Part shown: in pieces, positions 13,091 through 25,681 of the stretch
How the letters are laid out: each line of letters starts with the position of its first letter
Position numbering within the stretch: the first letter of the stretch is position 1
Assembly: GCA_951406725.2 (NCBI GenBank)
Contig: OX597815.1
Coordinates: forward strand, 166,532,001 to 166,596,000
DNA length: 64,000 bases
Origin: Octopus vulgaris
Lineage: Eukaryota
Reading direction: 5' to 3'
Position numbers and translations under genes: made by a program
Notes under the pieces: generated by a model
What the model was told of the DNA's origin: nothing
What the model saw: the letters and a program-made list of their open reading frames with translations, nothing else
Database searches by the model: none

Positions 13091-13533
13091 TTGATATAAC
13101 TATATTTATATATATATAACCATGCAAATGTATGCTTGTGCATCAATGCATTTGTTTATATCTCAGCTTTTCTGAAGATTTAATCAGCTATATGTGTTGA
13201 TGTGGTTATCCTTCTATTGATGTTTCATGGTTTTACAGCTTTGAATACATGTGGTACAGGATATTCCTTGACTTGTACAAAAATAAAAGAGAGAGAGAAA
13301 CAGGAAAGGGTTAGTGATAAAAAGGGTGTCTGCCTGTAAAACAATACTTTGATTAGAGCCAGATTTATGAGGGTCAGTATCGAGGGCCCCCTTTAAATTA
13401 AGAGAAACCAAAAGCTGTGAGTTAAATATTAAAAAAATATTTCTACAGCCATGAAATAGATTTGTCATTTTTTCACTTTTTAAAAAAATTCAAAGTTATT
13501 TTACCCTCTTTTTATTTATTGGGTCCTTTTAGG

Positions 13534-13756
13534 TTAAGCCCTTGAGTATTTAAACTGGCCATATTCAGCCAAAATATGTTTAGTGTTCAAAACAGCCAGA
13601 GCCAGCCTTTCACACCTACTTTACATTGTCATTCTAAAAATCAACAATCACATCATTAATATTTTGAAGCTACAAGATAATGCAGGATTAATTCAAAACA
13701 ATGTGAATAAATAAGCATTATATTTAACAAAATAAATGTGAATGCTATAGGGTTAA
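13534..13756. mobile_element. piggyBac-type MITE (TTAA-flanked)
   Basis: ttaa|gcccttgagtatt ... aatgctataggg|ttaa. Homologous copies lie at 15641-15969 (with an internal insert) and 2968-3150 (truncated). Confidence 0.65.
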
Positions 13757-15640
13757 AAAGCCGTTAAATTTAACGATCCTTCAGAATCTACTGATGTCCT
13801 AAGTTGAAAATTACACATGCAAATTCATAGGGTTTCTTAGGGGCTCTCCTCAGTCCAAATCCAGCTCTAGCCTCAATATATTTATCTAAGTCATGTCAGC
13901 ATAGGGAAAAAGATGCACAAAATAAACAAATGAATGTATTGATTATAGTTAGTTTTAACAATAGAGCAGGTTATACTTAACTGATGTGGTTTAATAAGAT
14001 CTAAACATGTTTTATACTTTCACAAGTTGGCTTTGAAGACCAAAATCTGCTGTTATATTGCTTTTTTTTTTAGTATTTTCAAAAATGTTGTTTGATCCAA
14101 TTGCAATTATCTCTCTCCCTCTATTTTCTTTTTTTAGGTTTGACTACAAATTGCTCAATTAATTTTAGTTAACTGAAGTTTTTCAAGTCATTATGCTATA
14201 TGAGGCTCTGTCATATTGTTATATTCATTAGGATGGGTGTTAATTCATCATTACCACCACCACCAGCACCACCATTTTAACATTTTTTTTTATCGAAGTT
14301 GGCAGTCTTGTTAAATTCTTGTTTCATAAATTAGGAAATAATCCCACAGACAATCTGTGCATCCCTGCATATCTCGGTGCACACAAATTTGGGTTTAGGG
14401 TTTCATGTAGTTCTTTTTTTTTTTTTACTCAGTTTTTGTTTTCATTATTTTATTTCATTTTATTTTTATGTTTCTGAGAAGGAATTAATTACGTTATACA
14501 TTTATAAATTTACAGACATGGTTATGTGATTAAGAAGTTTACTTTGCAACCATGTGGTTTTGGTTCAAGTCCCCACCATATGCCACTTTGGGTAAGTGTC
14601 TTTTACTATTGTCCTGGGCTAATCAATACCTTGTGGGTTAATTTGTTAAACAAAGATTGTAGGAAACCCAACGTGCAAGTGCGCATGTGTGTATGTGTGT
14701 GTGCATGTATGTGTGTGCATTCACACACGTGTGTATGTGTGTGAATGTAGGCATTACATGCTTGTTACTGCTTAAGCAGGACAGCATCATCATCATCATC
14801 GTTTAACATCCGTTTTCCATGCTAGCATGGGTTGGGTGGTTCAACCGTGGTCTGGGAAGCCAGGAGGCTGCACCAGGCTCCAGTCTGATCTGGCAGTGTT
14901 TCTACAGCTGGATGCCCTTCCTAATGCCAACCACTCCATGAGTGTAGTGGGTGTTTTTTACGTGCCAGGGGAGGCGTGCAGCGGCCATGATCGGTTGGTG
15001 CTACATTCTTTGTTGGCATAATGACTGATTATTTTGAAGATCTCTAGAATAAAACAAAGATACCTTGTATGAAAACAAGGCATTGGTGACAGAAAGAGCA
15101 TCATCATCATCATCATTATTTAACGTTTGGCTTCCATGCTAGCATCTGTTGAATGGTTTGACTGGAGCTGGCCAGGCAGAAGACTACACCAGGCTTCTGT
15201 GTCTGTTTTGGCATGGATTTTAGAGCTGAATGCTCTTCTTAACACCAACCACCCCACATCTGGCCACAAAATCTTGCCTTAAATAACTCTCCATCCAATC
15301 AATGCTAGCACAGTGAAGATGTTGAAATTAATGAACCATGAACCTGTGAGTTTACACATTTTACCAGACTAAAAAATATATTCATCTATCTGTCTGGCCA
15401 TCCATCCATCTATTCATCCATCCACAACAATGGTTGTTCTCTCCTAGACCTGCTGTCAGTTCCTGGGACATGCATCCTTGGTGCTCACACCCTATGCACT
15501 CCAGAATAAATTGTAAGCGTTTTGTATTGGGTGGTGACTGCAGTATGTTTTATCAAATAGACCCCTCAGCTGAAGACCCAAATACATCCCTTGTTAACCT
15601 ACCCTACAGACAATGTGATATAGTTAGTCTTTCAAATCCC

Positions 15641-15969
15641 TTAATCATTTAGCATTTAAACTGGCCATATCCAGCCAAAATATTCTATCAATTACGGAGA
15701 TGTACTTGCATAGCAAGTGACCTAATCTGAGATCGTGTGCTAGAATGAAAACAATTGCAGCGTGGTAGGTGTTTATAAGCCATTTAAGAAACACACAATG
15801 TTTTGTTCAAATTGTCTGGGTCTGGCCTCTCACACCTACCCTACAATGTCATTCTAAAACTAAACAAATCACATCAAAATCTTGAAGTTGCAAGATAACC
15901 CATGATTAAAAGCTATGTGAATAAATAAGCAATACATTTGACTAAGTAATCTGAATGCTACAGGGTTAA
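15641..15969. mobile_element. piggyBac-type MITE copy with nested ~110-bp repeat fragment
   Basis: ttaa|tcatttagcatt ... aatgctacaggg|ttaa. Part of the insert (caattgcagcgtggtaggtgtttataagccatttaagaaacacaca) recurs inverted at about 26618-26665. Confidence 0.6.
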
Positions 15970-16680
15970 ATATATTGGAAGTACCTCATGCTAAATATGG
16001 TGATTGCGGCTCTTGTTCTTTGACAGGTCAAACCATTCCTGTTGTGACTTCTGATCTCTTGACATATGTAAGAATTAGGAGAGTGATTTAGGTTTAATAG
16101 AATCCTTAGTGCAGCAGACAAATGTTATGAGGTATTTGTCTAGTCTCTTAGCCTTCTGTATTCCAATCTCACCTAGGCCAACTTTCCCTTTCATTCTTCC
16201 ATTATGATATGTATGAATTAAATGTAATGGGGCTCCAAAAGGGGTTTCAGGGAGTAGTGTCCCTGCCTTCCCGAGCTAGTTTTCTACCACATTTCTTAAA
16301 AATCGTGGTAGAGGCCTTGTTCTCGGGACCACTCATGTCTAGAAACTGAGGTTGGGAGTTAGCAAGGGCATGCTTCCCCGTAGAAAATCCAGCTCCAAAA
16401 GAGCCTCATGACAGCATAGGAGAATGAGCACTGGCTGCACCTGGCTTCTTCGGTTGCTATGGCATTGAGGTAGATCTGGCCAACCCTGTTAACAAGGACA
16501 AAACCTGGATTTAAAACACTGGAAGATGATGTTACCAAAAAATATCTGTTAAATTATTACCTACTTGCCATTGAAAATAGACAGGGAAATGTTGCACTGC
16601 AGGAAAATATTTTCCTTATTTCAACTTAGCAACACTCTTGGTGAAACATTTAAAAATTGTACATCCATCACAAGGTTTCA

Positions 16681-16820
16681 GTCGTCATTGTGTTGTGAAG
16701 GGCTGTGCACTTTAATGGACCCTGAGAGCTATACCAGTGGAATATAGAAACTCTTACTGGGGCCTCCCGTGCTGGATAGGTCAAAGAATAGAGGTCAGAT
16801 AAATATGGACCGCTTCTTGC
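16681..16820 (+). mobile_element. Repeat resembling the 5' leader of RTE elements; second copy inverted at 19872-20012
   Basis: gtcattgtgttgtgaagggctgtgcac..gaccctgagagctatacc..ctggataggtcaaaga.tagaggtcagat matches the reverse complement of 19872-20012. The RTE 5'-UTR assignment rests on my recollection of such leaders only. Confidence 0.45.
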
Positions 16821-17365
16821 TTGAGGTAAAAATGGGTTCTTGTATAGCCAACACTCCTACCTAGCATTGATGGCAATTCAATATTTAAAATCAACAAGAC
16901 CTGTGAGAGATAAGCAGAAAAAATAGTTCAGAGTGAAGAACAGTAGAGAAAAGTTATCTAAAACCAAGGTTACACAGGGAACAAAGGCTTAAATGGGTAG
17001 TCAAAATTATATGCATGTTACATATTGTAGGCAGTTGACAATCAGTGTTGGTGTGTTTATACCTTTGTAACTTAGTGGTTTGGCACAGAGACCAATAGAA
17101 TGAGTACCAGGCTTAAAAAAAAACGTACTGGGGTTGATTCAACTAAAAATTCTTCAAGGCTGTGCCCCAGCATGGTGACAGTCTAATGATTGAAACAAGT
17201 AAAAGGTAAAAGAAAATATATTATATACACTGAGTTGTAATATCTGTGTGAAAGAGTATACTGATTCAGTCAATGGATTTATCTTTAATGGCATTATGTC
17301 ATACCTATAGGCAAAGACATTAGCTTTTCTGGATTCAGGATCCTCCTCCTCCTCCTCCTCCTCCT

Positions 17366-18020
17366 CATCATCATCATTTAATGTCAGTTCTCCATGCTGG
17401 CATGGCTTGGATGGTTTGGCAGGTGCCAGTAAGGCTTGTCAGGGAGGGGGAGACACCTCAGGTTCTATTGTCTGTTCTGACACGATTTCTATGGCTGGAT
17501 GCCCTTCCTAATGCCAACCACTTTACTGTACCAGTACTTTTTATGTGGTACCAGCACATGCTTTTGATGTGACACCAGCACCAGTGCTTTTGTGTGACAT
17601 CAGCACTGGTATCAGTTCTGCTTTGATGGATGCATCTTCTTGAGTACAGCAAGAGTCTTCTTGTCTTGAGACAGCATTCACCCGGGGTGGGTTGAGCTGG
17701 TTTCATTCATCCTCAATGCTGCATCTCTCACAAACATCGACCAGACCTGGCGATTTGAGGTTAACGGCTGTGTGATCTCCAACCACTCCTTATTTCAGTG
17801 GTGAGCGCCGTAGATATGGGAGCCTGGGTTGGGTTCCAGATCAGCCTTGACTGTCATCAGCCAAGTTTTTCATTGCCCACACCACATCGCTTTCGCCAAC
17901 CCTGAAGGGGAGATGGGGCAATTGATCCTTCAAACGGCAAGAGGCCAGACGTTTCAGGCCTTTATCATTTCTTTCGTAAGGCTCAGTGCCTTGAGATCAG
18001 CCTTCAATACCTTGTATGTA
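17366..18020 (-). mobile_element. Older RTE-like 3' fragment(s)
   Basis: The minus-strand frame near 18015-17940 reads VLKADLKALSLTKEMIKA*NVWPLAV, similar to VVKHDLRTLGLTEEMTRDRDLWKCAV. The RTE tail motif ggctggatgcccttcctaatgccaacc is at about 17492-17520. Confidence 0.6.
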
Positions 18021-20247
18021 GATAAAAAAAAAACTTGGCTTGGAAAATTTGCTTATTGTTATTATAGAACTGAACTCACCTCTTAATGAATGTTTATAAC
18101 CTCTATGGATTGAGCTCTGCTCTTGTTAAAGTTAACTTAGTCTCATTAATATTTTTTATAGATTTGTAAGGCAGCGAGCAAGAAAAATTGTTAGCATACT
18201 GGGTGAAATACTTCATAGCATCACATCCATCCTTACCTGCCCAGTTCATATTCTGCTGAGGTCAACTTTGCCATTTATCCTTTTGGGGGTCGATAAATTA
18301 AGGACCAGTTAAGCACTGTTGTCTATGTAATACAATTTAACCCCCACCTCAAAATTGCTGGCCTTGTGCCGAAATTTGAAACCAAAATTTTTTCTGATTT
18401 GTTGTAGTAGAGAAAAAATTAAAAACTTCTGACAAGATTCCTTTTCTTACACTTTGTGATCTTAATCTTTCACTACATTTCATTAGTGGTACATATGCTG
18501 CTGTTATTTACATAGAATTGGATGTAGACTTAATATTTGTTACTTGGCTTAATGTCAGCACCTAACTCTTGAAAATCTTTAGCAGTATCTACTTTGTTGC
18601 AAGCTTTTATCCAGGTCTCTGGTTTGAGGATTAATATTCCCCCTCCTTCTCAGTAATCTCTGAGGTCCTATAAAGGATCATGAGCACAAACTTTCTCCTT
18701 AATATACAAGTTCAACATTGATTTTCCAGAACTCTTGATCCCAAAGCCTTTCTAGATTAGTTTTTATTTTTCTGAGCAAAGAGTGGCCAGGGTAAAGAGT
18801 AAAGAACTCCCCGCCCTCTTTGGTCATGGATGGCCATGGGATTGCACCTAGTAAGTTCTCCTCTGAGGCACAAGTCTGAGCAAGCCTCCTATCTCCACAT
18901 CACCAATGTTATACAAAGGAAAGGTAAAGACCAATACAGCTTGGCACCAGTGACATCAGAACTCATTTCTACAGCTGAGTGAACTGGAGCAATGTGAAAT
19001 AAAACGTCTTACTCTTGAACATAACAACACACAGCCCAGTCCTGGAATCGAACTCATTACCTTATGATTGTGAGCCCGACACTCTAACCACAGCCATGTA
19101 TCTTCACCAAGAGGTGTCCATACTCTAGATTAAACAAATGTTGAATTTACTTAAACAATCAAGTTAAATTTTGGTACCAGTACATTAGTATAAATGATAC
19201 AAGTTTATTAATACTCTACCATGCAAAATACTAGTTTATTCAAAATATGAGAAAACTAGTCTGGTGCCCATAAGAATCTGAAGTTCTTGCTTCAGTAATC
19301 TCTCTGTCTCTCTCCATTCATTTATCTCCTCCCACACACATGCACACATACTGGCTGTTATGAAATCACTGTAGTACTTGTAGCAAGCAATTTGCAAGAG
19401 ACTTGACTGTTTCCTTATGTTCTTGCTTAATTATGACCCTAATATGCAGAATACATGTGTTGGGTACAATAGAAATATTCATTAGACATTTGTCGATTCA
19501 TTTGAATGATTATCTTTCCAGGTCTATACCAGTTTTATTTCTATATGAAAGTATATATAAAAGCCTGGTACTCATTAAAATTGATCTCTTTTGCCGAACC
19601 ACTAAATTACAGGAGCATAAACACACCAACACCGGTTATCAAGCAGTCTGTAAATGTAACATATAATTCTTACAACTCATTTAAGCTCTTTGCTCTCTAT
19701 GAAGCATAGACCATAAATGACTTTTCTTTACTTTTCTTGACTCTAGTCTGTCTTTTCTGCTTCTCTTTCCCAAGTTTTGCTGGTTTTAAATTTTAAATTG
19801 CTATCAATGCTTTTGTAATTTTGTTTTTTTTGTACATAGTATTGACTATAGGAACCCATTTTAACCTTTAAGAAGAAGTGGCCCCTGTTGATCTGGCCTC
19901 TACTCTTTGACATATATCCAGCATAGGTGGCCCTCGCAGGAGCTTCTATGTTCTATTGGTATAGCTCTCAGGGTCACTGGAGTGCACGACCCACTCCAGC
20001 ACAACAATGACTAGACCTTGTCATAAACATATAATTCAGAAATGTTTTCTGAAAAGTGTTGTTTATTTGAAATGAGAATAAAATATTTTCCTGCTCTGCA
20101 CAATTTTCCTGCTGTGCAACATTTTCCTGTCTGTCTTCAATGGCAGCTACGTAACAATTTAACAGATATTTTTTGGTGACATTATAAAACAAAAGGTTGC
20201 AAGCTGGCAGAATTATTAGTTTATAAGGGAAAAATGATTTTTAGCAA

Positions 20248-20655
20248 GAGTGGCTGTGTGGTAAGTAGCTTGTTTACGAACCACATGGTTCCAGGTTCAT
20301 TCCCACTGCATGGCACCTTGGGCAAGTGTCTTCTACTATAGCCTCGGGCCGACCAAAGCCTTGTGAGTGGATTTGGTCGATGGAAACTGAAAGAAGCCTG
20401 TCGTATATATGTATGTATATATGTGTGTGTGTATATGTTGGTGTGTCTGTGTTTGTCCCCCAACATTGCTTAAAAACCAATGGTAGTGTGTTTACGTCCC
20501 CGTAACTTAGTGTTTCGGCAAAAGAAACTGATAGAATAAGTACTAGGCTTCCAAAGAATAAGTCCCGGGGTCGATTTACTCAACTAAAGGCAGTGCTCCA
20601 GCATGGCCGCAGTCAAATGACTGAAACAAGTGAAAGAATAAAAGAGTAAAGAGTA
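20248..20655 (+). mobile_element. tRNA-derived SINE, family A (full length)
   Basis: Head gagtggctgtgtggtaagtagcttg..ggttcattcccactgcatggcaccttgggcaagtg, a central (TA/TG)n tract, and a body ending ccagcatggccgcagtcaaatgactgaaacaag with a short (taaaagag)n-like tail. Confidence 0.85.
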
Positions 20656-21036
20656 TTTCTTCTAACTTTTCATGAGCTGAGTTCAAATTCTGCTGAAGTT
20701 GACTTTGCCTTTCATCACTTTTGGATTGACAAATTAAGTACCAGTTCAACACAAGGTTGATGTAATCAACTCCTCTCTCTCCTCGAAATTGCCGGACTAG
20801 TGCCAAAATTAGAATGAATTATGAAGCAAAGATTATCTGTAAGTTTCATCATTATCATCAGTATGTTACACGTTCACTTTTCCATTCTTTACAAACTGAA
20901 AAGGAAGTTTGACAAAATTAACTAAATTAGTATAGAATAATGGTTTTATATTTTTTTCTATAATTAAGATCTAAACTGTTAATATATGAATGCAAAAGAG
21001 AATGTTGAATAACTGTAAACCTACTTTTGGGTCATC

Positions 21037-21085
<49 letters not shown>

Positions 21086-21305
21086 GTAAGCAAATTATGC
21101 TTACCTAATTTACAAAAAAAAATAAAGTATTTTGTATTTTATACATAATAGAGTACCCTTCATAATTTTATTGAATTAGGTGCATATTTTGTCATAAAAG
21201 GAAAATGTTGCTCTCAATCTATTTTATTGAAGATAGGCACAGCCTACCTTGCCTACCTAGATGGCACATCCCTTATATATATATATATATATATTATATA
21301 AAAGA

Positions 21306-21456
21306 TAAAATAAATTACTTTGCCGATACTGAACTCATTAGAAATAGCAGCCTTTTTTAAACTATTTCTAATACTTAAAGTATTAGAAATAGTTTAAAAA
21401 AGTTTTTTAGCTGCTATTTCTAATGAGTTCAGTATGCGGCAAAGTAATTTATTTTA
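21306..21456. repeat. Near-perfect AT-rich palindrome (~70-bp arms, essentially no loop)
   Basis: taaaataaattactttgccg-atactgaactcattagaaatagcagc..ctatttctaatactt|a|aagtattagaaatag..gctgctatttctaatgagttcagtatgcggcaaagtaatttatttta, between (TA)n tracts. Confidence 0.92.
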
Positions 21457-21586
21457 CTAAGCCCTTTTATATAATGTAATAATTTGAATTCGCCTTAAAT
21501 GGTCCCTTTGCATACTGAACACTTGGTAAAATTGATTAATAATTATTTAATTTTACCCTCAATTGTTGAAATATATATATATATAT

Positions 21587-22270
21587 CATTATCATTTAAC
21601 ATCTGCTTTCCATGCTTGGATGGTTTGACTGAGGACTGGCGAGCCAGATAGTTGCACCAGGCTACAATCTGATTTGGCAGAGTTTATGCAGCTGGATCCC
21701 CTTCCTAATGCCAACCACTTCAAGACTGTTGTGGGTGCTTTTACGTGCCACCGGCATGAGGGCCAGTCAGGCGGTACTGGCAGTGGCCACACTCAAAAGG
21801 TGTTTTTTACGTGCCACCTGCACAGGAGCCAGTCCAGTGGCACTGGCAACGACCTTGCTCGAATGTTGTCTTTCATGTGCCAGTAAGGCGAAGCTGGCAA
21901 TGATCATGCTTGAATGGTGCTTTTTATGTGCCACCAGCACAGGGGCCAGTCAGTGGCCCTGGCAACAATCATGCTTGGATGGTGCTCTTAGCACTCCACT
22001 AGCACAGATACCAGTCAAGCAGGGCTGTCATCGAATTCGATTTTGATTTCACTTGCCTCAACAGGTCTTCGCAAACAGAGTTTAGTGTCCAATGAAGGAA
22101 AGGTACGCATAAGTGGGCTGGTTACACCCCTGGCATAGGACACGGGTTATGGTCTCACTTGGCTTGCCAGGTCTTCTCAAGCACAGCATATTTCCGAAGG
22201 TCTTGGTTACTAGTCATTGCCTCAGTGAGGCCTAATGTTCGAAGGTCGTGCTTCACCACCTCATCCCAGG
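21587..22270 (-). mobile_element. RTE LINE 3' fragment (ORF end + 3' UTR), related to the 9394-12812 element
   Basis: The minus-strand translation KKTWDEVVKHDLRTLGLTEAMTSNQDLRKYAVLEKTWQAK* matches the LINE C-terminus RKTWDEVVKHDLRTLGLTEEMTRDRDLWKCAVREKTRQDK*. The UTR continues to a GAT tail near 21590. Confidence 0.88.
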
Positions 22271-23319
22271 TTTTTTTCTTCCACAGGATCAATATATATA
22301 TATATGTATACACACACACATATTTACACATGCATATATATACTTTCAATACATATATAAACACACATGCATACATATATATGTGTGTGTATTTGTTTGT
22401 GTCTCCATAACTTGACGTGTGATAGTTGTACATATGAGTGTTACTCTTATACAAGCAGTGATGTTCATTTCCAGTATTCTGTGAGAATGTGTCTGGCCAT
22501 GGGGAAATATTAACTTGCTTGAAAACAGATAAAATTTGGTGACAGGTAGACCATAGAAAAATCTGCTGCAATAAACCCTTCTCGATCTATGCAAACATGA
22601 AAAATAGACGTTAAATGATGATGATGTTGATGATATGCACTTGCGGACAAGTTTACATATGATGAGTAGTGTCAGCATAATTTGGTATTTATTTTGCATA
22701 TGGGTTAAAGCAGAGAGTAAAGCTTGGTGCAGTCTTCTGACTTGCCAGCTCCTATCAAACCATCAGTCCCAAGCCAGCATGGAAGGAGGATATTAAATGG
22801 TGATGATGATATTATTGATGTTGATGATAGAGTGTAAGGCTGTCTGAAAGTTTGAGCTATGTCTTTTGTTTTTAATTGGTACTTACTGAAGTATACTACT
22901 TTTGAAGACTATGGAAAGAATATAAATGAGATGAATTCGTTTTCTTCCTTCCCTAAACTTTTAATACTAAATAGAACAGCCGCACATGCACATGCACAAA
23001 CACACACACATACACATATATATATCTCATCATCATTCATTCATCATTCAACGTCTTCTGGCATGGGTTGGATGGTTTGACAGGAGCTAGCCAGGCAGAA
23101 GATTGCACCAGTCTTTTGTGTTTGTTTCGGCATGGTTTTTATTGTTGGATGCTATTCCTAACACCAACCACCCTGGAGAGTGGACCGAGTGCTTTTTACA
23201 TAGCACCAGCACAGGCGAGGTCAGTTTTGGCATGGCTTTTACAGCTGGGTGCCCTTCCAAATACCAACCACTTTACAGTGTGGACTGGAAGCTTTTTACT
23301 TGGCAGCAGCACTGGCACC

Positions 23320-23365
<46 letters not shown>

Positions 23366-25626
23366 TCATGTTGGTGTCATGTAAAAAGCACCCAATACAC
23401 TCTGTTAAGTGGTTGGCTTTAGGAAGGGCATCTAGCTGTAGAAACCATGCCGAATTACGCAGTGGAGCATGATGCCATCATTGGATTTTTTTGCATCCGG
23501 TCGGACTAAGTAAACCATGCAAGGATATTAAATGATGATGAAGAAATCATGTTATTTTGTTAAACACAGAAGTCAGATTCTAGTAGTATTTGAATCCAAA
23601 ATTTAAAAGCATAGATGTGAATAATTCTAAAGGCTTGCCTGAATGAATTGGAATTTAAATTTGAATGTCTGTAATCTAACAACCATCAGATTCCTGCACT
23701 AAATAGATGATTAGCTCTGAAATTTTCTGGCATGACTTGAGTAAGAACCTTCTGAGGCATGGAAATTCAAAATGGTTTGGTATAATCGTGAAAGATTATG
23801 CTCTGTTAGCCACCAACAACATTCTATGTAATTTTCCCAGAGCATTCTGGTAATTTTGAAGATTTGAGCAGATGTGTTTTAAATTGAAAGCTAGTGCATT
23901 ACACTCAAATTTCACTGCTGCTTAAATAGGTGTCATATTTTCCACCATGCAAGTTGAACTTTTCAGACCAAAATTTACAACCAGAAAAGGCAGGTTGACT
24001 TATATACCAAGATGACTTTGGAGGAGCAAAATTTCCATGTTGAATGCAGCACAATTTGGAAACAGTGGTAGTGTTTGAATGTTTACGCTACATAAGGTCA
24101 ACTTGTATGATGACAAAATATAATATTTTGTTATGCATTTCACCAATATAGCAACTGCATAGCTGGATACCCATACAATTTTAATGGAATTTTGGTTCCT
24201 ATAATAATGTATTAAAGGTAACTAAAATGTTATTGTGTAAATATTAAAGATAACAGCATTCATAAGATCAATTTTGGTGCCAGTATATATAGTAATCAGT
24301 TAGGTTAAAAAAAAGGGAAAATAAAGAAGTGAGTTATTTGAATGAATATGATTTCCCCACCAAAACTGCTAAGAATTTGAAAGTTATTCTGTTAAATTAT
24401 GTATGTATTTTGATTACAGATCTTTCTCTTAAGGTTATTTTTCTGTTTGATATAAGACTAGAAATTTGTAGTGGAGGAGTATGATAGATTGAATAAGCTA
24501 CTGTGCATGGAGGGTGCTTAGTTTATTGGTTCTTGGGACGAAAAGTTTAATGTTGACTGCATCAGGATTTAAGATCAAATTTTAGTGCTGGTGCCATGAA
24601 AAAGCACCCAGTACACTCTGTATAGTCATTGGTATTAGGATGTGTATCCAGTTACAGAAACCTTATCAAAGCAGTCACTGAAGACCAACACAGTCCTTAG
24701 ACTAGTCAGATCCTGTTAAATTGTGTAACCTGTTTCTGCATGAAAAAGGGATGTTAAATGATGGTGATGAATCAGTTGTAATAAAGTTTGAATTCTTAAT
24801 AATCATTTACTCCACTCCACTGTACTGACATGGTTTGGATAGGTCTGCTGTATTGCTACTCTGCATAAATTTTATCTCTTGTGCACCTTGAGATCAAATC
24901 TCACTGCTGCTTTAATCTCTCACTTCATATAATCCAAGGTCTTTTTATTATTCCATGAATATCTTTAATGAAAGAAATTCTTCCTCATTTATTCTAATTA
25001 ATGAACTTTGTTTTTCTTTCATTGTTGCGACCAAAAAATTTAGTTAGTCTCAATAATTTCCCCATTTGCAATAAGCAATTGGCACGATTACTGACTTGCA
25101 TATTAACACCTTCTTTCTCCCTCTGCTCTACTTGTCAGCCAACATGAAAAGATTTGGCTTAACAGTAATGAAAGCCTCTTGCTTATTAAAACATATTTTA
25201 GATTCTAAAAAAATCATTTAATTTGAAGGCGTTTTTTTTTTTATCCCACAGTATGATGTTAGCAATTAGACCTGTAAAATGGACTTTTTAGTATGAGTGA
25301 CTTGATACACATTGCACATTCTGTTAGAGAACTGATAATTGGAAGAGCAACCAGCTGTAAAATTACTGCCCAACAAATACCCACACTGAATATGGTTGAA
25401 TACAAGCCAACAGGGCACATAGCTAATCCCATCCAAAATCCTCTCTGGCACCATTGTTCTGTTGGATGAGAGATGTTCTTGAATTGCATAACACTTTGAA
25501 TTAATTCTAAAGGGATAAAATATTTCAAACATTTTGAGTATTTAATTTAATCCTGCTTAATCCTCTACCTGTCACTTCCTATTTAATTAACACATTTCTT
25601 TCTACTTCTGTATGACCTGTAACCAT

Positions 25627-25681
<55 letters not shown>

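Noticed and set aside
20248-20320. tRNA genes at SINE heads
   Set aside because: A/B-box-like motifs are present, but there is no complete cloverleaf and each head continues into a SINE body.
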